A DNA stretch of 64,000 bases from an uncultured archaeon (lineage in GTDB: Archaea; Thermoproteota; Nitrososphaeria; Nitrososphaerales; Gagatemarchaeaceae), in the NCBI GenBank assembly GCA_963817525.1, contig CAWFOU010000001.1, forward strand, positions 224,001-288,000, written 5' to 3'. The position numbers were made by a program, and so were the translations under genes. Positions 27,765-35,784 of the stretch are shown here, piece by piece. Each line of letters begins with the position of its first letter. Position 1 is the stretch's first letter. The notes under the pieces are model-generated. The model searched no databases. It saw only the letters and a program-made list of their open reading frames with translations, and was not told where the DNA came from.

Positions 27765-29117
27765 TTGACGGGAAGGAGCGACTGGGCCCGGAGGTCGGGC
27801 TTTGGAAGGGGTACGGCAGCGCTCGCCGTGGTCCTGGTGGTTTTGTTGGTCGGCGTCGCGGCATACGCCGCGCTGGCACCATCGTCGTTCGCCGTCCCAG
27901 CATGCTCGAGCGGACCGGCCCCCAGTTTTGATTCCTCGACGATTAAGATTGGATACGTGACCGAGCTCAGCGGGGAATCGGTGCCCAATGCCTATGCCTC
28001 GAGGATAGGAGCGGAGCTGGCGGTGAACCAGACCAACGCCGCGGGGGGCGTGGACGGCAAGACGATCGACCTCGTGGTAATGGACGATCAGACGACACCC
28101 CAAGTGGCCGCGCAACGGGCCCAGGCCCTCGACCAGCAGGACAGCGTGCTAGCTCTGACCGGTCCGACCGACCTACCCGACGCCATGGCGGTCTCGAGCT
28201 ACGCTGAAGCCTGCGGCGTCCCGTTCGTAGACTCGACGGTCTCCTCCGCGGTGCTGGTCCCGGCTGGAGCCCACTGGACCGTCAGCGTCCAGCCAGACGC
28301 GGTGCAATGGGGAGCGGCGGTGGGGAAGTACGTATCAGAGGCCATCCCAGGCGCAAAGATCGCTCTGATGACCCAGAACGCCGAGGAGCAGAACGAGATG
28401 GCGGCGGGAGTGAAGTGGTACGTCAACACCTACAGGAATGAGAGCCTGGTGTTCGACCAGGAGTATGCCAACGCCCAGTTCGCTTGGGCAACGGCTGCCG
28501 CCGCTGCCAAGTTCTCTGGAGCGAACGCGGTGGTAGTGTCGTGGGTCTCGAGCGCGGGCTTTTCCCAGTCAAACGTCATCACTGCGCTCCTGTCTGCCGG
28601 CTTCCAGCCGAGTCAGATATTCGTCGTCGACGCCACGAACCAGGTCACCGACCTTGGCGTGGGGGCCACGGGAATCAGGGGGGCGACCCTCTTCGACGGC
28701 GCGATGGCGCAGGGGTATCCTAACGCCACGGCGTTCGCGAACGAATTGGCGAACTTCACCGACGGACAGCTGAACTCGAAGGATTATTGCGGCGTCTGCC
28801 CCACGGACGTTGGCCCCATCTACTACTACTCATACCTGGGCACGGAAATGATGATCAACGCGATCCGAAGCGTGCTCTCAAGCGGCCAAGCCCTTAGCAG
28901 GGGGGACTTCATGTCTGCGATGAAGCATCAGAGCATCCAAGACGCCTTCGGGAATACCGTGAGCATCGGGGCCTCTGGGACCTCGTTGGGGAGCTACTAC
29001 ATAGTCGGGGTCGGTCCGTTGAACGCGACCCAGAGCACCTATCCCTTGGAGATAATCAAGACGATCAGGTTCGCGCCCGGGACCATCCCAGCCTACAACC
29101 TCGCGAAGACTGCCTGA
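27765..29117 (+). CDS. ABC substrate-binding protein, LivJ/branched-chain type
   Basis: TIKIG...LSG...GAELAV.Q.NAAGGVDGKTIDLVVMDDQ. Confidence 0.88.
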   Translation: MTGRSDWARRSGFGRGTAALAVVLVVLLVGVAAYAALAPSSFAVPACSSGPAPSFDSSTIKIGYVTELSGESVPNAYASRIGAELAVNQTNAAGGVDGKTIDLVVMDDQTTPQVAAQRAQALDQQDSVLALTGPTDLPDAMAVSSYAEACGVPFVDSTVSSAVLVPAGAHWTVSVQPDAVQWGAAVGKYVSEAIPGAKIALMTQNAEEQNEMAAGVKWYVNTYRNESLVFDQEYANAQFAWATAAAAAKFSGANAVVVSWVSSAGFSQSNVITALLSAGFQPSQIFVVDATNQVTDLGVGATGIRGATLFDGAMAQGYPNATAFANELANFTDGQLNSKDYCGVCPTDVGPIYYYSYLGTEMMINAIRSVLSSGQALSRGDFMSAMKHQSIQDAFGNTVSIGASGTSLGSYYIVGVGPLNATQSTYPLEIIKTIRFAPGTIPAYNLAKTA

Positions 29118-29135
29118 GGGTAGCCGCAGCCCTCT

Positions 29136-30047
29136 TCAGCGGGCCATTCCGAGGCTGAATCCCTTCGCGAGATATTTCCTTATGGCGAGCATCACTGCTA
29201 TCGCGGGGATGTAGGCCAGGGTACCTGCTGCGTTGAGGCTGTCCCACGCGAGGACGTTGAACGAGGTCTGGTTGACGTTCATCCCCTCCCACACCCCCAC
29301 CGCTACCGTCCGGGTCGCGACTCCCGTCAGCGTGTCTGCTATGAGGAATTCGTTCCACAGAAGGACCAGCGCGAACATAGTGGTTACGACAACTCCCGGG
29401 ATGACCATCGGGAGAATCACGCGCCTGAATACATGCCACTCGCTCTTGCCGAACACGGTGGCCGCCTCGTAGACGTCCCGCGGGACGTCGGAGAAGAAGC
29501 CCCGGAGCATCCAGACCACGACGGACAGGATGAGCAGTTGCTCTGCCAACGCGATCCCAGTGAATGTGTCATACAGTCCGAGCGAGGAGTATGCCACGTA
29601 GAGCGGAATTATCACGACGAACTGGGACATCGTGCGAAGCGCGAGGAGGAGATACGAGATGAAGCTCTTGCCTCTCACGTCGATGCGGGCGAGGACGTAG
29701 GCGACTGGGATGCCCACGACCAACGCGATCGAGATGGCGAGGGCCGCCATGGCCAGCGTGTCCGCGACGAGCCTGGGATACGCCTCGACGCTGAGGTCTT
29801 GGAGATAGAAGTAGGCTGTCGGAATTATCGTCTTCGGCGCCACCGTCAAGCCTCCTATCTGGATCGCGATCGCCCTTCCGGCGAAAATTACCCCGAGGTC
29901 GATGTTGTATCCCTCGAGAGCCATTACCATTATCGGCCAGAACGAGTAGAACGCGGCGAGCGTCGCCATTACGTATAGGAGGATTCTCCCTGGGCTCCGG
30001 CGGCCTTTCGCGGGGCTCGGCTTGGCATTGGGCTTGAGGGTTTCCAA
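29136..30047 (-). CDS. carbohydrate ABC permease, MalG-type (pair 2)
   Basis: Motifs WMLRGFFSDVP..VYEAA, WNEF and IRKYLAKGFSLG. Confidence 0.92.
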   Translation of the reverse strand: METLKPNAKPSPAKGRRSPGRILLYVMATLAAFYSFWPIMVMALEGYNIDLGVIFAGRAIAIQIGGLTVAPKTIIPTAYFYLQDLSVEAYPRLVADTLAMAALAISIALVVGIPVAYVLARIDVRGKSFISYLLLALRTMSQFVVIIPLYVAYSSLGLYDTFTGIALAEQLLILSVVVWMLRGFFSDVPRDVYEAATVFGKSEWHVFRRVILPMVIPGVVVTTMFALVLLWNEFLIADTLTGVATRTVAVGVWEGMNVNQTSFNVLAWDSLNAAGTLAYIPAIAVMLAIRKYLAKGFSLGMAR

Positions 30048-30054
30048 TTTCGGG

Positions 30055-30918
30055 CTAACCTCCGACCGCCTTCAGGAGCCGAAGCAGCACCGCTGCGCCG
30101 GCCAGCGTGACAACGAAGAGGGCCACCGCCACCGCGGACACCACGCCGATGGGGAAGCCGAGGGAGGACGAGAAGAGAAGCTTGTAGAGGTAGAGGCTTA
30201 TCGTGTCCACCGGGGAGCCGATGGTGGTCTGATATCCGAGCCAATTGGACCAGGCCAGCGGGATCTCGAACGCCCTCATGGCGTCGATGAACCTGAGCAC
30301 AACGATGAACTGCATGACGGGAGACTTGAAGACCGTGGGGATGGTTATCATCCTGAACTTTTGGAGCGTCGACGCCCCGTGCACCTCCGCGGCCTCGTAG
30401 ATCTCTTTCGCTGTGCCGTTGTATATGCTGAGGGCTACCAACATGATCAGGGGGGACCACTCCCACGCCTCCGAGAAGAACATGACCGGAAAGTAGAAGG
30501 ACGGAACGAGTTCGTTGAAGTAAGGCTGGTGGAGCTGGAAATGCAAGAAGCCCTGTATGTCGTCCCAAACCGACGATGGTGCATAGAGGACCCCTACCAC
30601 AATCGGGGCCACCGCCAACGGAAGTATGTAGATCACCTCGAGCCATCCTTTACCTCGTATTTGCTGGGTCAGGATGAACGTCAGACCTAGCCCTATCCCG
30701 ACTGCAAGGATCGTGCTCGAGAGGGAGTAGAGCAAGGAGACGTTCAGGGCGTTGTAGAACGTCGAGGTGGAGAACATCGTGACGTAGTTGGCCAGGCTCG
30801 GCGCGCCGTTGAGGTTAGTCAGGCTGATCCAGACGCTAAATATCAGCGGATAGATCTCGACGAGCCCTATGACCGCGAAGAGGGGTATGAAGAGCAGATA
30901 CCAGCGTCTGGATTCCAT
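30055..30918 (-). CDS. carbohydrate ABC permease, MalF-type (pair 2)
   Basis: Motifs WEWSPLIML, EAAEVHGA and DAMRAFEIP. Confidence 0.92.
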   Translation of the reverse strand: MESRRWYLLFIPLFAVIGLVEIYPLIFSVWISLTNLNGAPSLANYVTMFSTSTFYNALNVSLLYSLSSTILAVGIGLGLTFILTQQIRGKGWLEVIYILPLAVAPIVVGVLYAPSSVWDDIQGFLHFQLHQPYFNELVPSFYFPVMFFSEAWEWSPLIMLVALSIYNGTAKEIYEAAEVHGASTLQKFRMITIPTVFKSPVMQFIVVLRFIDAMRAFEIPLAWSNWLGYQTTIGSPVDTISLYLYKLLFSSSLGFPIGVVSAVAVALFVVTLAGAAVLLRLLKAVGG

Positions 30919-31057
30919 TCGGGTCCATCACGCTCGCTGGTGTCTTACGGGCATTCGCCAGTCAGGCCGCGGGTTCGTATATGACTGTTTCTTAGTTTGA
31001 CGATTTCGGGCGTCATCACGAGGCTCGCATCTCCCCTGTCAATCCGGCTCCCTCAGC

Positions 31058-31633
31058 CTAAGCAGCAGAAGGAAGCGTCAACGGGTGCGCGGTGCAGCTT
31101 CCGATCGGCCCGGAATTTGCCGCCACCACCTCAGCTTCCGACGGCGGCACACCCGTCCCCGTGCTGGTTGTCGACAGCAGCGTGGCGTTCTGCGTCACCT
31201 CGAAGAACCCCTCGAGGCACGGGCCTTTCAACTGGCCGCTCGCGGCGCTGGGGGGCGTTATGGGGGAGATGAACGAGTAATTGCCGAGCGTCTTGGCAGT
31301 GAAGGTTACCCGCCCGGTGGTCCCGGCGTATATCGTCACGTTGATATTGTATTGGCTGAGCGTGAAGACCCTTGTCTCGTCGTCACCGTTCTGAATCGCG
31401 AGCGAGATGTTCTCTCCCGGCTGGACATATATCGTGTCCGGATAGAAGTGGTCGAGCTGCAAGGCCGGGTCGTCTTCATAGATGTGGAGGTCGATTCCTG
31501 TCGTGGCATTCGATTTGTTCGCGTTGCTCAGGACTTCCTCTCCGGCGACGATAGCGACCACCAGGACGACTGCAAGGACTATGGCCATCGTGCGGGTGAT
31601 GGCCGACCTCTTCTGCGCGAACAAGTTGCTCAT
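31058..31633 (-). CDS. membrane-anchored cupredoxin-fold protein C (no strand His ligand)
   Basis: FYPDTIYVQPGENISLAIQNGDDETRVF...F.AKTLGNYSF...CLEGFFEV. Confidence 0.7.
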   Translation of the reverse strand: MSNLFAQKRSAITRTMAIVLAVVLVVAIVAGEEVLSNANKSNATTGIDLHIYEDDPALQLDHFYPDTIYVQPGENISLAIQNGDDETRVFTLSQYNINVTIYAGTTGRVTFTAKTLGNYSFISPITPPSAASGQLKGPCLEGFFEVTQNATLLSTTSTGTGVPPSEAEVVAANSGPIGSCTAHPLTLPSAA

Positions 31634-31827
31634 TTTCGTTAAGCGACGGATTTATCTTCTTCGGTAGGCCCGTCTTAAACCGCCCGCACTCAAAGCATAA
31701 ATAAACACCGGGGGCACCGCAACGAACAAGGCCTTCTATGCTCAAAGAGAATCGCGCAATTGCCTCGGGGAGCTATGGGGGAAGGGCTGCCGCGGCAAGT
31801 ACGCTTCGCGGGACTTGATCCAACCAA

Positions 31828-32922
31828 ATGGCCAATCTAGATATCGATAACGTTTCGAAGAGCTACGGCTCCACGCAGGCGGTGAAGGAGGTCTCGCTCA
31901 AGGTGAGCAACGGGACCTTCACAGTGATCCTCGGCCCGTCCGGGTCCGGGAAGACCACCCTCCTCCGCTGCGTCGCGGGGTTTGAGAAACCGGACGCCGG
32001 GACGATAAGCATCGACGGGAAGCCTGTGACAGACCTGCCCCCTAGGGAAAGGGACCTCGCGATGGTCTTCCAGAGCTACGCGCTCTTCCCTCTGATGACG
32101 ATACACGACAACATCGGCTTTCCTCTGAAGGTCCGCAACGTCCCAAAGGCCGAGATCGACGCGAGGGTGAACCAGGTCGCCGACCTCCTTGTCATCAAGC
32201 ACCTCCTCGAGAAGAAGCCGGGTCAGCTCAGCGGAGGCGAGCAGCAAAGGGCGGCCCTGGGCAGGGCGATAGTGCGCCAGCCAAACGCACTCCTCATGGA
32301 CGAGCCGCTCACCAGCCTCGACGCGCCGCTGAGGGCGCAGATGAGGACCGAGCTGAAAAGGATCAGGAGGGAGACCCAGATGACCGCAATCTACGTAACC
32401 CACGACCAGGCGGAGGCGATGGCGCTCGCGGACATGATTGCCATCATGAGCGACGGGCACCTGATGCAGTACGGTCCCCCCCTTGAGGTCTACTCGAAAC
32501 CCAATAACTCGTTCGTGGCCGGATTCGTGGGGAACCCGCCTACCAACATACTCAACGGGCGGTTCTCCGTGGCGGGCGGTGGAGGGACCATCAAGGTCGA
32601 CCAGGCCGCCATCAATGTCGACGCCCCTTCAGCAAAGGTCATCACCGACAAGGTGGGCGACGGCGCAGAGGTGCTCGTGGGAGTGCGTCCTGAGGACATC
32701 GACGTGCTCGCGTCAAAGAAGTCTGATTCAAGTCTGGAGATCGTGGTGGAGAGCATCGAACCTCTCGGTTCCAGCATAGTCATCAGCTCCCTGGTGGACG
32801 ACAAGGTCTTCAGACTAGTCCTGCCGCCGGGGCAAGCGGTAGGGCCGGGCAACCACCTGTGGCTCGAATGGGCGCCGAACAAGATGCACATCTTCGAGAA
32901 GAGCGGCGCCCTCCTCCTGTAG
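31828..32922 (+). CDS. MalK-type ABC ATP-binding protein with C-terminal TOBE domain
   Basis: Motifs GPSGSGKTT, VFQSYALFP, LSGGEQQR, LLMDEP and YVTHDQ.EA. Confidence 0.95.
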   Translation: MANLDIDNVSKSYGSTQAVKEVSLKVSNGTFTVILGPSGSGKTTLLRCVAGFEKPDAGTISIDGKPVTDLPPRERDLAMVFQSYALFPLMTIHDNIGFPLKVRNVPKAEIDARVNQVADLLVIKHLLEKKPGQLSGGEQQRAALGRAIVRQPNALLMDEPLTSLDAPLRAQMRTELKRIRRETQMTAIYVTHDQAEAMALADMIAIMSDGHLMQYGPPLEVYSKPNNSFVAGFVGNPPTNILNGRFSVAGGGGTIKVDQAAINVDAPSAKVITDKVGDGAEVLVGVRPEDIDVLASKKSDSSLEIVVESIEPLGSSIVISSLVDDKVFRLVLPPGQAVGPGNHLWLEWAPNKMHIFEKSGALLL

Positions 32923-33187
32923 ATTATCGGCCACCGAGGACGCGTGACGATTCGGCGGTCTTTCTTTTTTGGCGCGCAGAAAAAATGAAATTAATTTTCC
33001 GCCGCGAGAGGTGTCGTTCTTGCGAACACGGGCTCCCCGCGGTCGCCAAACATACATCGACTCTCCGGACATCGACGTCTTTTCTTCCTAACTATCGCCG
33101 AAGTCTTATGATGACGATTTTCGGACCTCGTCGGCGTGAAGGCTTTAAATAAGTCTGGAGTTCACATATAGACGAGGTTTCTGGTTT

Positions 33188-33706
33188 ATGGTAAAGCGAA
33201 GCGCTGTTGCAAAGGCTACCGCTATCGGCGTGTTGGCGGTTCTAATAATCGCGGGTGCGGTCGGGATCTACTACTACACCGCCGCGCCGGGAACGACCAC
33301 CACCGCAGCTAGCAGCAATTCGTCATCGACGAACACTTCGAGCAACTCCCAAACCGGGAGCACCACGTCCGAGACGGGCCCCGCCGGCGGCACCTGCCAA
33401 AGGAACGCGGCGGGACAGTGCGTCACGCCCGAGGGTGCTTGGGCCGACTACCTCGGCTACATCCCATCCGGCTACACGCTCGCGCCGCACTTCCCTAACG
33501 CGCCTACCTACCCATGCCCATCAGGAATGGACGCGACTGAGTGCGCGGTCTTCCAGCAATCGTGCGGAAACGGCGTCTGCGACCCCAACGAGTCCTGCGC
33601 GTCTTGCCCGATTGACTGCGGGATCGCCGGTCAGCTCACATGCGACCCGTACACGGGACGACCCGGAGCACCCATCAGCGTGTGCCAGGTCGGCGAAGTC
33701 GAGTAA
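33188..33706 (+). CDS. membrane-anchored Cys-rich protein
   Basis: TM, Ser/Thr linker and 11 Cys, including CGNGVCDPNESCASCPIDC. Confidence 0.75.
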   Translation: MVKRSAVAKATAIGVLAVLIIAGAVGIYYYTAAPGTTTTAASSNSSSTNTSSNSQTGSTTSETGPAGGTCQRNAAGQCVTPEGAWADYLGYIPSGYTLAPHFPNAPTYPCPSGMDATECAVFQQSCGNGVCDPNESCASCPIDCGIAGQLTCDPYTGRPGAPISVCQVGEVE

Positions 33707-33798
33707 GCCGCCCGTAACGAGACCTTCTCGTTTGAGCCTTCTGCCCCGTCCTTCCGCCGCGTTGGCTTTTAGAGCGAGCTAACGACCGGGACGGGGCC

Positions 33799-34647
33799 TT
33801 GACCTCCACCTCATTCGCGAGCCAGTTCAAGCAGTTCCTGACCATTGTCTCGAGGTCGGGCGTTACAGACGGCCCGCGCATAGTCGTCCGCGAGCTAGGG
33901 GTCAGCACGCGCGAGTCCGTGGTCTATCCTAGGCTCGGACGGAGGTTCGTGGTCGAGTTCGACCCCGTCTGGAGGTGGATAGGCAAGGGCGTAAGGGAGC
34001 CCGGAGTCTTGAAGTTCGCTCAGGAACGCATCGGCAGGGGGAGCACCGTCTTCGACGTCGGGGCGCACGTGGGCGAGTGGACGCTCCTCTTCTCGCAGCT
34101 GGTGGGAGAGGAGGGAAAGGTCGTGGCCTTCGAGCCCGACCCGGTCGCCCGCGCCTCCCTGAAGAGGAACATCTCGATGAACGGAGTGTCGAACGTCAGG
34201 GTCGAGGACAAGTGCGTCAGCGACAAGACGGGCAAGGCGTTGCTCGGGGCGGAGAGGTTCGGGAGCGGACTTTCGTCCATCGTGCATCAGGAAGCTAGCG
34301 GCGCGCGCCACAACCAGATAGAGGTGGACTCGACGACCCTCGACGAGTACTGCGAAGAGCGTGACCTCTCCCCCGACTGGGTGAAGATAGACGCGGAGGG
34401 CGCGGAGCCTCTGATCGTGCGGGGGATGCAGCGCCTCATCGGGAGCGGGCACCCCCAGGCGATTCTGGAGTTCCACTCCGACTCCCTGACCGACGCAGAG
34501 AGGACCGCGGCCTGGGCGACCGTCACTGACGGAGCGACCAGCGTCGAGTTCCTGCAGAGCAGGCTGAAGAACCACGCCTACCTCGAGAGGCTCTACGACG
34601 GATATGTCCCCGACTGTGGGTTCTTGGTAGTCCATGTGAGGTACTGA
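33799..34647 (+). CDS. FkbM-family SAM methyltransferase
   Basis: Motifs FDVGAHVG, VVAFEP and KIDAEGAE. Confidence 0.9.
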   Translation: MTSTSFASQFKQFLTIVSRSGVTDGPRIVVRELGVSTRESVVYPRLGRRFVVEFDPVWRWIGKGVREPGVLKFAQERIGRGSTVFDVGAHVGEWTLLFSQLVGEEGKVVAFEPDPVARASLKRNISMNGVSNVRVEDKCVSDKTGKALLGAERFGSGLSSIVHQEASGARHNQIEVDSTTLDEYCEERDLSPDWVKIDAEGAEPLIVRGMQRLIGSGHPQAILEFHSDSLTDAERTAAWATVTDGATSVEFLQSRLKNHAYLERLYDGYVPDCGFLVVHVRY

Positions 34648-34713
34648 GAGGGAATACTTTCACTCTCCCCCACGCTACGCTTTTAAGCCCGCGGACGGCC
34701 GTTTGAACTCATC

Positions 34714-35736
34714 TTGGTTGAAGCGGAGACGGAGGAAGTCGAAGAAATAAGCGAGGAGATGGACGTCACGAGCCTGCCCGGCGTGGGGCCGGCTACGAAG
34801 ACAAAGCTGAACGACGCTGGTATTTTCACGATACTCGACCTCGCGACGGCGGGGCCTGCCGACATCGCGGACGCGACCGACGTCGACATCACAAAGGCGG
34901 TCGACCTTAACAACAAGGCCAGGAAGAAGCTCGTGGAGATCGGGCGGCTAGAGCCCGACTTCATCAGCGCCTCCGACCTCCTGACCAGGCGCAGGAACAT
35001 CAGCCGCCTCTCGACGGGCTCGAAGAACTTAGACGAGCTACTCGCCGGAGGGATCGAGACTTGGGCGATGACCGAGTTCTACGGGGAGTTCGGCTCAGGC
35101 AAGACGCAGATCTGCCACACGCTCTGCGCCATGGTGCAGCTCCCCAACGACCAGGGAGGGCTCGACGGAGGGGCGGTATACATCGACACCGAGGGGACGT
35201 TCAGGCCAGAGAGGCTGGCGCAGATCGCCGAGGCGAGGGGGATGGACCCGGAGGCGGTCCTCGCGAAGGTCATGGTCGCCAGGGCGTACAACAGCGCCCA
35301 TCAGGAGCTCATCGCCAAGGACCTGGGGCGGATCATCGAGAAGAACAAGATCAAGCTCGTCATCGTGGACAGCGCGGTCGCCCACTACCGGGCGGAGTTC
35401 TTGGGGAGGGGGACGCTGGCCGAGAGGCAGCAGAGGCTCAACCGGTTCATGCACCAGCTCCTAAGGACCGCGGAGATCTACAACATCGCGATAATCCTGA
35501 CCAACCAGGTGCAGTCGGCACCCGACAGCTTCTTCGGCGACCCGACGAGGGCGACGGGAGGGCACGTCGTGGCGCACACGAGCACCTACCGCATCTACCT
35601 GCGCAAGGCCGGGAAGAACCGCATCGCGAGGATGATCGACAGCCCCTACCACCCTGAGAGGGACGCGGTCTTCATGCTCGACGAGAAGGGGGTAGACGAC
35701 CCGCCTGAGGAAGGCTCGCGCTCGAAGAGAAGCTGA
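34714..35736 (+). CDS. radA: DNA repair and recombination protein RadA
   Basis: HhH LPGVGPAT, GEFGSGKTQICH, YIDTEGTFRPER, GRGTLAERQQ and GGHVVAH. Confidence 0.97.
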   Translation: MVEAETEEVEEISEEMDVTSLPGVGPATKTKLNDAGIFTILDLATAGPADIADATDVDITKAVDLNNKARKKLVEIGRLEPDFISASDLLTRRRNISRLSTGSKNLDELLAGGIETWAMTEFYGEFGSGKTQICHTLCAMVQLPNDQGGLDGGAVYIDTEGTFRPERLAQIAEARGMDPEAVLAKVMVARAYNSAHQELIAKDLGRIIEKNKIKLVIVDSAVAHYRAEFLGRGTLAERQQRLNRFMHQLLRTAEIYNIAIILTNQVQSAPDSFFGDPTRATGGHVVAHTSTYRIYLRKAGKNRIARMIDSPYHPERDAVFMLDEKGVDDPPEEGSRSKRS

Positions 35737-35784
35737 GCGCTAGCAACGGTTTAATATCGTTGGTTGTCGGCGTGGAGAGTCTTC

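Noticed and set aside
32923-33187. Long intergenic stretch after malK as an ncRNA
   Set aside because: Only a T-rich terminator-like tract and a TATA box (about 33144) are recognisable.
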